From Dehalococcoidia bacterium (GTDB taxonomy: Bacteria > Chloroflexota > Dehalococcoidia > Lucifugimonadales > UBA2962), in contig OZ244723.1 in assembly GCA_965219325.1 (NCBI GenBank), positions 1,130,158 through 1,194,157 on the forward strand: a stretch of 64,000 nt of DNA. Reading direction: 5' to 3'. Both the position numbers and the translations under genes were made by a program. Positions 38,301 through 46,162 of this stretch are shown here, in pieces. Position 1 is the first letter of the stretch. Every line of letters begins with the position of its first letter. The notes beneath the pieces were generated by a model. That model ran no database searches and was not told where the DNA came from. It worked only from the letters and a program-made list of their open reading frames with translations.

Positions 38301-40249
38301 GTCCCGATGTTGCCCGTTACTGTGCCGCCCACCTCGACCTCGCCGGTGGTGGTGTTGTCGTTGGGAAAGTCGTCGCGCGTCACGGTCACCGTGTAGGTCT
38401 GCGTCGAGGTGCCGTCCGCGGCCGTCACCTTCACCTTGATGACGGTGTCGCCCACCGACAGCGCCACCTGGAAGTCGGCCGCATTGTCGTCCGCGTCCGC
38501 GAGCGCATTGCCGTCCGCGTCCTGAATTTCGGAATCGGCGCTGGCGTGGTTCTCCGTCACCGTCACTGTCACCTCGTCGACGCTGTTGGCGACCGACGCC
38601 GTGTAGGTGACCGTGCCCGAGGCGAAGGCCGGGCTCAGCGTCACCCCCGGGCCCAGCGACAGCGCGCTCAGCGTCGCGTCCGTCGAGAGCATGGGCGTGA
38701 TGTCACGCACCGACAGCGTGTAGGTGCCCGTGAGGTTGGCAGCACCAGTGGTGGCCCTGAGGTAGTGGGCGCCGGCCGAGGCCGCAGTGTAGACCATCTG
38801 GCTGTTGAGGTCCGTGCCGCTGTCGTCGTCTACGAGAAGGAAGGTTGCGGACCCGTCATAGAGCGACAGGAACGGGTCTACCAAGGTGCCGCGGCCGGAA
38901 TCCGCCCCTTCCAGGTCGAACTGGTAGGTCTTGCCCGCCTCCAGATCGACGCGGAAATAGTCTTTATCCGATGTGCTGGCGATGTTGCCCGTGGCCGAGG
39001 CCCCGACGTCGACGCGGCCGGTGGTGGTGGCGGTGGCGGGGAAGTCCGTGTCGGCCTCCGAGACGCCGTTTGCGCCCAGCACGATCACCGACAGCGTGTA
39101 GGTGCCGGTCGTGGTGGCTGTGCCGGACGCAGCTATGTAGTAGGTGCCGTCCGCCGTGGGCGTGTAGATAACGCGGCCGTTTTTGCCCACACCGCCATCG
39201 TTGCTCCTCGCACCGGATATCGCCTGTCCTCCCGCATCATACAACCCCCAAAGAAACGGATCCGCCAAGTTGCCGCGGCCGGTATCCGCCCCCTCCACGT
39301 CGAACTGGTATCTCGTGTCCGCCTCCAACTCGACGCGGAACCAGTCGACGTCGGCGTCCCTATCGACGTTCCCCGTGACCGAGCCACCGACGTCCACCTC
39401 GCCGGTGGTGGCGGTGCCTTCGGGCAGGTCTTCGCCGTCGCCCTCCGAGACGTTCGCCCGCCCGCCGGGACCGGGCGGCGTGGCATGGCCGGGCGCTCCG
39501 CCGCCGTCCTCCCCGTCCTGGTCGTCGCCTTCGACGGCCTCCGGCGCGGTCGGCGTGTCGATGTGGAACCAGCGGGAGCGCGGGCTCACCCCGTGCTCGT
39601 TGATGGCCTTGATGCGGTAGGTGTAGGTGGTCTCAGCAACCACTGTGTCGTCGGTATAGGTGGTGGCGGCGGTGCCCGTGTCCGCGACCAATTCTCTGAA
39701 CTCGCCCTTTCTGTCGGTATCCCGGTTACGGCGCAGGATCACGTAGCCGGTGATGGTGTCGTCGCCCGGCTCGTCCCAGGTGAGGACCACCTGGTCGTGG
39801 GTCGCCGTGGCGTCCAGGCCCCTGGGCTTGTCGGGCCGCTCGGGGGCCGCCGGTATGTCGATGTGGAACCAGCGGGAGCGCTCGCTCACCCCGTGCTCGT
39901 TGGTCGCCTTGATGCGGTAGGTGTAGGTAGTATTGGCCTTTACGCTGTCGTCGGTATAGGTGGTCGCCGCCGTCCCAGTGTCCGCCACGAGCTCACTGAA
40001 CTCGCCCCCGGTATCGTTCACGCGGACGCGCCGCAGGATCACGTAGCCGGTGATGGTGTCGTCGCCCGGGTCGTCCCAGGTCAGCACCACCGAGTCGTGG
40101 GTCGCCGTGGCGGAAAGGCCCGTGGGCTTGTCGGGCGCCGAGCCCTCCTGGGCCTGCACCGTGGAGAACAGCAGGGCCATCGCCAGGGCCAGGGCCGCTA
40201 TGGCGGCGAACAGGATGGGGAATCGTCGTCTATCGGTGCGAGTCATCAT
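31505..40249 (-). CDS. giant secreted repeat protein (2914 aa): signal peptide, 2 FN3-like domains, 8 PPC-type repeats in 4 pairs, 3 cadherin-like beta-sandwich repeats, Calx-beta-like repeats, unknown domains, C-terminal FN3-like domain
   Basis: N-terminus MMTRTDRRRFPILFAAIAALALAMALLF..VQAQ. FN3-like P.GL.A.A....V.L.WD.P...ITGY...R. PPC-type D.DWFRV.LEAG..YQFD.EG....GTL.DP.L.LYD......TYTLSV. Calx-like LSVADASDAENDGEVEFTVTLS. Confidence 0.9.
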   Translation of the reverse strand: MMTRTDRRRFPILFAAIAALALAMALLFSTVQAQEGSAPDKPTGLSATATHDSVVLTWDDPGDDTITGYVILRRVRVNDTGGEFSELVADTGTAATTYTDDSVKANTTYTYRIKATNEHGVSERSRWFHIDIPAAPERPDKPRGLDATATHDQVVLTWDEPGDDTITGYVILRRNRDTDRKGEFRELVADTGTAATTYTDDTVVAETTYTYRIKAINEHGVSPRSRWFHIDTPTAPEAVEGDDQDGEDGGGAPGHATPPGPGGRANVSEGDGEDLPEGTATTGEVDVGGSVTGNVDRDADVDWFRVELEADTRYQFDVEGADTGRGNLADPFLWGLYDAGGQAISGARSNDGGVGKNGRVIYTPTADGTYYIAASGTATTTGTYTLSVIVLGANGVSEADTDFPATATTTGRVDVGASATGNIASTSDKDYFRVDLEAGKTYQFDLEGADSGRGTLVDPFLSLYDGSATFLLVDDDSGTDLNSQMVYTAASAGAHYLRATTGAANLTGTYTLSVRDITPMLSTDATLSALSLGPGVTLSPAFASGTVTYTASVANSVDEVTVTVTENHASADSEIQDADGNALADADDNAADFQVALSVGDTVIKVKVTAADGTSTQTYTVTVTRDDFPNDNTTTGEVEVGGTVTGNIGTVGDYDRFKVELEAGTRYQLDLEGADTGRGTLADPHLGLYDNIGSQLQGDNGQQGDDNSGVGANARMIYTPAASGDFYPVVTEINDNLTGTYTLSVILLGANGASEADTDFPADNTTSGRVEVGASATGNIGIANDYDWFRVDLEAGKTYQIDLKGIGGGGGTLENPYLLNIRDSSGTEIDGTENDDVDPSNDIYDSQTVYTPTAAGTYYLVAVSGVTGGTGTYTLSVRDITTPPCTLNTGDIWCGVVTVGELKSSADMLVGHGFADGAGLSAGGLAGYPDATMFSVGDNDYTISAAYIQVPTGTTLTGTLYVLLSADLTDDDKAGLVLTVDGAATTFAFSGATKGTTGLYSWGLSGLSWSAGDTVTIRVRRPRTLSVADASDAENDGEVEFTVTLSEAATEEVTATWTASIKTGDTAAAADLGSMKTGTVTVAIGDTTETFTVPVVNDATDEGDETFTVTLSSPSSNAKLETDPTAKGTIEDDDPTPTVTVANAAATEGDAVEFVVTLSAVSGRDVMVDYATSVATGDDATSGVDFTTKSGTLTIAAADNTATGTIEVQTTEDDASESAETFTLTISNPNNATLTTDTTATGTINNRATAAAAMVGNTTQTTTFEQTTVGSISFAVGFQIGDDTGGYALTALDLMFSAKPVVPVTVSLWDGYRPGGNDDGDDDWRPNNKYFEFDNPSAFKDGNNQINTFTPPEPFYLHDDRVYFVVIESDGSGSTEYYITNTDADGQSRVDSNWWILNSAVRYQDLSNPDDPWPDSVTQTPTRIPVFTIHGYDLDRLTYTTSESDQDNFKVGEDNYNWWAQSFNVIQGADSFIGFKLHSVALALEYIASADSGIPDSPDEIIVSLYTGKQEGGGDPVPDEKLFDFRDPPAFREGHDNAFTAPEGTTLRPQGRYAIVIQRLSGGWIRLRNTASNDQDGNSNIFVANESQKSRDGTNWSGENWVVKMLVYGKQRTEAIPLSTGPTTLSGLSLGTGVTLSPAFASGTVTYTASVANSVDEVTVTPTTNHASATVEILDTDDNELDDADDMEDDFQVALSVGDTVIKVKVTAEDSTATQTYTVTVTRDDFPNDNTTTGEVEVGGSVTGAIKPSTDKDWFKVELEAGTRYQFDVEGADTGRGTLPDPAASLYATSLISGNDDAGVGKNARIINTPTATGTYYVVADSATSDTGTYTVSVIVLGANGASEADTDFPADNTTSGRVEVGASATGNIASTSDKDWFRVDLEAGKTYQFDLEGSPTGRGSLGDPFLQIFDASGSNKLAEDDDISTANLNSQLVFTPTAAGAYYLVVETAAPTTGTYTLSVREITQPPPCTLNTGDIWCGAVTVAEIKTSPADALVGHGFADGAGLSAGSLAGNPDETVFSVGDNDYTIQGAYVQVPTGTTPTGTLYVLLTADLTDDDKAGLLLTVDGAATPFEFSGATKSTTGLYSWGLSGLTWSAGDTVTIRVRPRTLSVADASDAENDGEVEFTVTLSEAAATAVTATWTASIEAGDTAVAADLGATKTGTVTVAIGDTTGTFEVPVVNDATEEGDETFTVTLSSPSSNAKLETDPTATGTIEDDDATALSTDATLSGLSLGMGVTLSPAFASGTAIYTASVANSVDEVTVTPTTNHASATVEILDTDDNELDDADDMEDDFQVALEVGDTVIKVKVTAEDDTSTQTYTVTVTRAAEMTPDDPPDDSGNVPDSVTDLLTNLGQANNLNFAIIVGDFENAQGFTTGSDRYGYFLASISLDVDTVPKTPADVTVSLWSATSDSPPTPDAPVATLTHSTDTWATGVNTFNAPGGTVLDPGTTYFVVQSYSGARAHLTLRVTASGSADDDSTGWSVAGARLTRSHTDLGDWSGESGEYTKFSVSGAAVPAQGVAEGATDLPTNVSEPDGEDLPADTTTTGEVEVGGSVTGNVDRDADVDWFAVELKKGKRYQFDVEGADTGRGNLADPFLWGLYDAGGQAISDARSNDGGVGKNGRVIYTPTADGTYYIAAAGTATMTGTYTLSVIVLGANGASEADTDFPRDTTTTGRVEVGASATGNIDPGEDLDGFRVNLEAGKRYRFDLEGADTGRGSQADPILALYGDSFNVSHYISEDDDGGEGLNSRLTYTATATGIYHLEVAGLDPGTYTLSVREILLAVAVPPGGLGPSEIPGAVRNVSVSYSPVSGIGGQIVSWDAPDETGTGAQWITEFRIYGSASEGCGGYLLDEYEVEHPGSTTPPEHPDGTPTGFKYFKIVYVGPVKFGVAAVNELGEGPCVEGPDPPDNS

Positions 40250-40338
40250 GGTTCCTCCTTGAACCGCACCAGCCGCTCAGGAAAGTCGGCTGGGAAGCCA
40301 GGGGGTCTTCTGCTGTGATAAATGCGCTGTCGCGGCAT
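40246..40338 (-). pseudogene. 30-codon 5' fragment of the small HTH gene, fused to and overlapping the giant gene 1 start
   Basis: MPRQRIYHSRRPPGFPADFPERLVRFKEEP*. Its AAGGAGGAA codons double as the RBS of the ATG at 40249. Confidence 0.7.
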
Positions 40339-41418
40339 CGGTCCTTCCGGAAGACGGCTGCAAGCTCCCTCCTACGGGGATGTCCGGGGCCGTCCGATAT
40401 CCCCAGGCAGGACGGTATGCGGAACGCAAGCTCACGCGGTCAGCCCGTCCCGGAGTCCTGTGGGAGGCCGCCGCTCTGCTTGTCGGAGGGCTGGGGCGGC
40501 CTCCCCCAGCTTTATCCATGTGTGCGGGCTTTCTTGTTGCCCTTCCTGCGGGCGGGGTCCGCGCGGGTACGCGTACACCCGCGCGGACCTTCCTCTCCTC
40601 CCGACGCCACATGCCATCAGGAATTATCCGGCGGATCGGGCCCTTCCACGCATGGCCCCTCACCGAGTTCGTTGACCGCCGCCACACCGAATTTGACGGG
40701 TCCCACATAGACGATCTTGAAGTATTTGAAACCCGTCGGGGTGCCGTCGGGGTGCTCTGGTGGCGTGGTGGATCCAGGGTGCTCCACCTCGTATTCGTCC
40801 AGCAGGTAGCCGCCGCAGCCCTCGCTGGCTGAGCCGTAGATGCGGAACTCCGTGATCCATTGCGCGCCGGTTCCGGTCTCGTCCGGCGCGTCCCACGACA
40901 CGATTTGCCCACCAATGCCGCTGACGGGCGAGTAGGACACAGACACATTGCGGACCGCGCCCGGGATCTCCGAGGGGCCCAGACCACCGGGCGGAACGGC
41001 AACTGCCAGCAAAATTTCACGCACCGACAGCGTGTAGGTGCCTGGGTCCAAGCCCGCTACTTCCAGGTGGTAGATGCCGGTCGCGGTCGCTGTGTAGGTC
41101 AGTCGGCTGTTAAGTCCCTCGCCGCCGTCGTCGTCCTCACTGATGTAGTCGGAGACGTTGAAGGAGTCGCCGTAGAGCGCCAGGATCGGGTCCGCCTGGG
41201 AGCCGCGGCCGGTGTCCGCGCCCTCCAGGTCGAACCGGTATCGCTTGCCCGCCTCCAGATCGACACGGAACCCGTCCAAATCCTCGCCAGGGTCGATGTT
41301 GCCCGTGGCCGAGGCCCCGACCTCGACCCGGCCGGTGGTGGTGGTGTCTCTGGGAAAGTCCGTGTCGGCCTCCGAGGCGCCGTTCGCGCCCAGCACGATC
41401 ACCGACAGCGTGTAGGTG
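40309..41418. repeat. about 1.1-kb near-identical direct repeat, copy 2
   Basis: See 31197..32306. Confidence 0.85.
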
Positions 41419-44400
41419 CCCGTCGTGCTGTCTGCGCCGGCCACAGCTATGTAGTAGGTGCCTTCCGCGTCGGGCGTGTTGATGACCCGGCCGTTCTTCC
41501 CCACACCGCCGTCGTTACTCCTCGCACCGGAGACCGCCTGTCCTCCCGCATCCTGCAACCCCCAAAGATGCGGATCCGCCAAGTTGCCTCGGCCGGTATC
41601 CGCCCCCTCCACGTCGAACTGGTATCGCTTGCCCTTCTTCAGCTCGACCGCGAACCAGTCGACGTCGAGAGCTGGGGCGATTTCGCCCGTGACCGAACCG
41701 CCGACCTCAACTCTACCGGTGGTGGTGATGCCTTCGGGCAGGTCTTCGCCGTCGGGCTCCGAGACGTTGGTGGAATCGGCTGGCGGGTCGGCGGAATCGT
41801 CGGGCGGCGGCGTGATGTCGCGCACCGACAGCGTGTAGGTGCCGGTGTCGGTTTCATCAAAATCTGCCACACGTAGGTAGTACGTGCCAGCCGTGGTCGG
41901 AGTGAATATCCCCCGGCTGTTCGCACCAATACCGCTGTTGACATCATCCAGAAGGTTGTCCTCGGACTCGTCGTAGAGTGTTAGCGCCGGGTCCGCCAGG
42001 GTACCGCGGCCGGTCGGCGCCCCCTCCAGGTCGATCTGGTAGCGCGTGCCCGCCTCCAGGACGACGCGGAAATAGTCTCGGTCGGCGAAGGAGCCGATGT
42101 TGCCCGTGACCGAGGCCCCGACGTCGACCCGGCCGGTGGTGGCGGTGGTGGCGGGCAGGTCCGTGTCGGCCTCCGAGACGCCGTTCGCGCCCAGCACGAT
42201 CACCGACAGCGTGTAGGTGCCTGTCACGCCGTTCGAGGAGGCGACTACGTAGTGAGAGCCGTCCGCGGGCGCCGTGAAGATCCTCCGGGCGTTGTTCCCT
42301 ATGCCGCTGTCAAGCGCGTCGGTGACTACATTGCCCAACGCATCGCGCATCCTGCTAAGAACCGGGTCTGTCAGGGTGCCCCGGTTGGTGTCCGCGCCCT
42401 CCAGGTCGATCTGGTATCGCTTGTCCTTCTTCAGATCGACGCGGAACCAGTCAATGTCGAAGACGCTGTCCATGTTGCCCGTGACCGAGCCGCCGACGTC
42501 GACCTGGCCGGTGGTGGTGTTGTCGGAGGGAAAGTCGTCGGGCGTCGTCGACCCCGACAGACGGACCGTGACCGTGGTCGTCGACGACCAGTCCAGGCCC
42601 GTATTCGCCCAAGAGTAGAGGCCGGTGCTCAATCTACTGGCATCGCTGAGCGCGCGGTCGGTAGTGACGCCGTCGATCTTGAAAACCAGGTTCTCCTTGT
42701 CATCGTCGGAGAGATCGGCGGTGAGCAATAAGAACAGGGAGCCATCGTTGTTGCCCCCTGGGGCTCCGACATAAAGGCCCCTGATCGTGTAGTCGTTGTC
42801 CCCGACCGAGAACATCGTGTCGCCGGGGTTGCCGACAAGACCGCCCGCGCTGAGACTACTGGTATCCGCAAACCCGTGTGAGACAAGCACGTCGGCGCTA
42901 GTCTTGAGCTCTCCCACCGTCACCACGCCGCACCAGAGGTCGCCGATGTTCAGCGTGCACGGTGGCGGGATCTCACGCACCGACAGCGTGTAGGTGCCCG
43001 TCCCCCCGGTCTCTGTCGTACTCGGTTCCAAGGTGTAGGTGCCGGTCGTGGTCGGCGTGTAGACTATCTGACTGTTTTTGTTCGTGCTGCTGATGTTCTC
43101 GTTGAACCCCACGACCGTTACGAATCGGTAGAGTTTTAGGTACGGATTCTCCAGGGTGCCGCGGCCGTTATGCGATCCTTCCAGGTCGAACTGGTAGGTC
43201 TTGCCCGCCTCCAGAGCGACATTGAACAAGTCCGTATCGCCGTTGAACCCGATCGTCCCCGTGACCGAGGCCCCGACGTCGACAGTGCTAACGTTGGTGT
43301 TGGAAAAGTCCGTGTCGGCCTCCGAGGCGCCGTTCGCGCCCAGCACGATCACCGACAGCGTGTAGGTGCCCGTCACGCCGTTCGAGGCGGCGACTACGTA
43401 GTGAGTGCCGTCCGCGGTCGCCGTGAAGATCGTCCGGGCGTTGTTCCCCACGCCGCTGTCATCGTTCTGCGTGCCCGTGATCGTATTGCCCCCCGCATCA
43501 CGCACTGCGTTGATAGTCGGGTCCGACACTGTGCCGCGGCCGGTAGGCGCACCCTCCAGGTCGATCTGGTATCGCGTGGTCTCCTCCAGCTCGACGAGGA
43601 ACCAGTCCGCGTCGCCGACGGACTCGATGTTGCCCGTGACCGAGCCGCCGATGTCGACCTTGCCGGTGGTGGTGGTGCCGGCGGGAAAGTCGTCGGGCGG
43701 CGACAGACGAACCGTAACCGTGGTCGTCGCAGACCAGTCCAGGCCCGACAGACCCCAAGAGTAGAGGCCGGTGGTGCCTTTCGTGGCGCCGCTGAACGCG
43801 AACGTGAGGGTGGTGTCGTCGACCGTGAGCACCAGGCCCGCCTTGTCATCCTCGCTGAGATCGGCGCTGAGCAAGACGTACAGGGTGCCCGTGACGGTGG
43901 ACCCAGTTGGGACTTGGATATAAGCGGCACTGATCGTGTAGTCGTTGTCCCCGACCGAGAACATCGTGTCGTCAGGGTAGCCGGCAAGGCTGCCCGCGCT
44001 GAGGCCAGCTCCATCAGCAAAACCGTGTGCGACAAGCACGTCGGCGTTAGTCTTGACCTCTGCCACCGTCACCACGCCGCACCAGACGTCGCCCGTGTTC
44101 AGCGTACACGGCGGCGGCGTGATGTCACGCACCGACAGCGTGTAGGTGCCGGCCGCGCTATTCGAGGCTGCCACCAGGTAGTAGACGCCGGCCGCGGTCG
44201 GCGTGAAGGTTATCTGGCTTTCGTAGATGTCGTTGTCCGGATCGACGTCGTCATTCTCGGTGCCGCTAATCGCGTTGCCGGATGAGTTGCGGATATTGAG
44301 CAGATAAGGGTCTTCCAAGGTGCCGCCGCCGCTATCTTCGCCCTTCTGGTCGATCTGGTAGGTCTTGCCCGCCTCCAGATCGACCTTGAACCAGTCCGCG

Positions 44401-45662
44401 TCGGTATCGGGGTCGATGTTGCCCGTGACCGAGCCGCCCACGTCCACCTCGCCGATGGTGGCGGTGGTGGCGGGAAAGTCCGTGTCGGCCTCCGAGGCGC
44501 CGTTCGCGCCCAGCAGGATCACCGACAGCGTGTAGGTGCCGGTATCTGACCCATTGGCATTCTGTGCCCGCACGTAGTAGGCGCCGGCCGCGGTCGGCGT
44601 GTAAATCCGCCGGGCGTTTTTGCCCACGCCCTCGTCGTTGCTCAAAGAACCGACAACTGCGTTGCTATAGTAGAGAGCCATCCTCGGGTCCGGTAGGGTA
44701 CCGCGGCTGGTATCCGCACCTTCAAGATCGATCTGGTATCTCGTGCCCGCCTCCAGCACGACCTTGAACCAGTCCCCGTCCGTCCCGGTTCCGATGTTGC
44801 CCGTGACCGAGCCGCCGACGTCCACCTCGCCGGTGGTGGTGTCGTCGGTCGGCAGGTCTTCGCCGTCGGGCTCGGAGACGTTGGCCCGCTTGCCGGGACC
44901 GCCGGGCGCGCCGTCGTCGTCCTCCCCGTCCTGGTCGTCGCCTTCGACGGCCTCCGGCGCGGCCGGCGTGTCGATGTGGAACCAGCGGGAGCGCTCGCTC
45001 ACACCGTGCTCGTTGATCGCCTTGATGCGGTAGGTGTAGGTAGTATTGGCCTGTACGCTGTCGTCGGTGTAGGTGGTCGCCGCCGCCCCCGTGTCCGCCA
45101 CCAGCACACTGAACTCGCCCCCGGTATCGTTCACGCGGACGCGCCGCAGGATGACGTAGCCGGTGATGGTGTCGTCGTCAGGGTCGTCCCAGGTGAGGAC
45201 CACCTGGTCGTGGGTCGCCGTGGCGTCCAGGCCCGTGGGCTTGTCGGGCCGCTCGGGGGCCGCCGGAATGTCGATGTGGGACCAGCGCGAGCGTTCGCTC
45301 ACCCCGTGCTCGTTGATCGCCTTGATGCGGTAGGTGTAGGTAGTGTTGGCCTTTACGGTAGCGTCGGTGTAGGTGGTCGCCGCTGTGCCCGTGTCCGCCA
45401 CGAGCTCACTGAACTCGCCCCCGGTATTGTTCACGCGCACGCGCCGCAGGATGACGTAGCCGGTGATGCTGGCGTCGCCCGGGTCGTCCCAGGTGAGGAC
45501 CACCTGGTCGTGGGTCGCCGTGGCGGAGAGGCCCGTGGGCTTGTCGGGCACCGAGCCCTCCTGGGCCTGGACCGGAGAGAACAGCAGGGTCATCGCCAGG
45601 GCCAGCGCCGCTATGGCGGCAATCAGGATGGGGAATCGTCGTCTATCGGTGCGAGTCATCAT
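40617..45662 (-). CDS. giant secreted repeat protein (1681 aa): signal peptide, 2 FN3-like domains, 8 PPC-type repeats in 4 pairs, two copies of the CTLNxGDxWCG domain, C-terminal FN3-like domain
   Basis: The first roughly 270 aa and last roughly 270 aa are highly similar or near-identical to giant protein 1. It has the same RBS context, AAGGAGGAACCATGATG. Confidence 0.9.
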   Translation of the reverse strand: MMTRTDRRRFPILIAAIAALALAMTLLFSPVQAQEGSVPDKPTGLSATATHDQVVLTWDDPGDASITGYVILRRVRVNNTGGEFSELVADTGTAATTYTDATVKANTTYTYRIKAINEHGVSERSRWSHIDIPAAPERPDKPTGLDATATHDQVVLTWDDPDDDTITGYVILRRVRVNDTGGEFSVLVADTGAAATTYTDDSVQANTTYTYRIKAINEHGVSERSRWFHIDTPAAPEAVEGDDQDGEDDDGAPGGPGKRANVSEPDGEDLPTDDTTTGEVDVGGSVTGNIGTGTDGDWFKVVLEAGTRYQIDLEGADTSRGTLPDPRMALYYSNAVVGSLSNDEGVGKNARRIYTPTAAGAYYVRAQNANGSDTGTYTLSVILLGANGASEADTDFPATTATIGEVDVGGSVTGNIDPDTDADWFKVDLEAGKTYQIDQKGEDSGGGTLEDPYLLNIRNSSGNAISGTENDDVDPDNDIYESQITFTPTAAGVYYLVAASNSAAGTYTLSVRDITPPPCTLNTGDVWCGVVTVAEVKTNADVLVAHGFADGAGLSAGSLAGYPDDTMFSVGDNDYTISAAYIQVPTGSTVTGTLYVLLSADLSEDDKAGLVLTVDDTTLTFAFSGATKGTTGLYSWGLSGLDWSATTTVTVRLSPPDDFPAGTTTTGKVDIGGSVTGNIESVGDADWFLVELEETTRYQIDLEGAPTGRGTVSDPTINAVRDAGGNTITGTQNDDSGVGNNARTIFTATADGTHYVVAASNGVTGTYTLSVIVLGANGASEADTDFSNTNVSTVDVGASVTGTIGFNGDTDLFNVALEAGKTYQFDLEGSHNGRGTLENPYLKLYRFVTVVGFNENISSTNKNSQIVYTPTTTGTYTLEPSTTETGGTGTYTLSVREIPPPCTLNIGDLWCGVVTVGELKTSADVLVSHGFADTSSLSAGGLVGNPGDTMFSVGDNDYTIRGLYVGAPGGNNDGSLFLLLTADLSDDDKENLVFKIDGVTTDRALSDASRLSTGLYSWANTGLDWSSTTTVTVRLSGSTTPDDFPSDNTTTGQVDVGGSVTGNMDSVFDIDWFRVDLKKDKRYQIDLEGADTNRGTLTDPVLSRMRDALGNVVTDALDSGIGNNARRIFTAPADGSHYVVASSNGVTGTYTLSVIVLGANGVSEADTDLPATTATTGRVDVGASVTGNIGSFADRDYFRVVLEAGTRYQIDLEGAPTGRGTLADPALTLYDESEDNLLDDVNSGIGANSRGIFTPTTAGTYYLRVADFDETDTGTYTLSVRDITPPPDDSADPPADSTNVSEPDGEDLPEGITTTGRVEVGGSVTGEIAPALDVDWFAVELKKGKRYQFDVEGADTGRGNLADPHLWGLQDAGGQAVSGARSNDGGVGKNGRVINTPDAEGTYYIAVAGADSTTGTYTLSVIVLGANGASEADTDFPRDTTTTGRVEVGASATGNIDPGEDLDGFRVDLEAGKRYRFDLEGADTGRGSQADPILALYGDSFNVSDYISEDDDGGEGLNSRLTYTATATGIYHLEVAGLDPGTYTLSVREILLAVAVPPGGLGPSEIPGAVRNVSVSYSPVSGIGGQIVSWDAPDETGTGAQWITEFRIYGSASEGCGGYLLDEYEVEHPGSTTPPEHPDGTPTGFKYFKIVYVGPVKFGVAAVNELGEGPCVEGPDPPDNS

Positions 45663-45923
45663 GGTTCCTCCTTGTGCTTGTGCGGGGATACGGGACGCAG
45701 CCCGTCCCGTCCCCAGGCGTCAGCGGACGCGGAGGACGCGGGCGTCGGGCGTTGCATGGTCGAAGGCTGTTTCGGGTGAGTGCGGGACGTGCGAAGCCCG
45801 CCGCAAGGCGTCCTTCAAGGACACTGAGAACTTCGGGCGCACGCAGAGAGAGCGGCGATGGGAGAGGATCGGGCCTGCCGGTATGAGCCGGAGGCGGCGA
45901 GGGGGCCAGAGCGGAGGGAAATC

Positions 45924-45936
45924 GGGGGGGGGGGGG
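45924..45936. repeat. homopolymeric G13 (C13 on the minus strand) tract in the divergent intergenic region
   Basis: Read directly. Lies 262 nt upstream of the giant gene 2 ATG and 324 nt upstream of the kinase-regulator ATG. Confidence 0.9.
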
Positions 45937-46139
45937 TGAACGTCTGTGCTAGACCGCGACGGAGGACGGACCGGGTCGCGGAGACCACGTCAACACGGGC
46001 CGCTGCGACCAGTTTCTCCACTCCGTCTATCGGCCTGTCGAATCCCACGTTAAACCCTCCCCGCCGTACGTTGGGGCAAAGTGCCCATCAGTATGACGGA
46101 CAAAGTTGTGGAAAGTCAGTGTAATATCTGCATTTTAGC

Positions 46140-46158
46140 GACCAATCGAGGACCAATC
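46140..46158 (+). promoter_or_regulatory. direct repeat GACCAATC-N3-GACCAATC (11-bp phasing), candidate OmpR/PhoB-type response-regulator box
   Basis: Two perfect 8-mers at 46140-46147 and 46151-46158, 4 nt upstream of a -35-like hexamer. Confidence 0.4.
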
Positions 46159-46162
46159 CTGC

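Noticed and set aside
38144-40318. 724-aa plus-strand ORF and many other plus-strand ORFs (31748..32761, 33440..34465, 40860..41876, 43170..44285, 44976..45779) antisense to the giant genes.
   Set aside because: They are mirror images of the repeat-protein genes. They repeat only because the sense strand repeats, and they lack starts with RBSs and any motif.
31505-45662. Highly repetitive DNA that could be mistaken for a CRISPR array, a satellite, or a diversity-generating retroelement target.
   Set aside because: Repeat units are ~330 bp, imperfect, in frame and encode protein domains. There are no short direct repeats with unique spacers. No reverse transcriptase or template repeat is present in the window.
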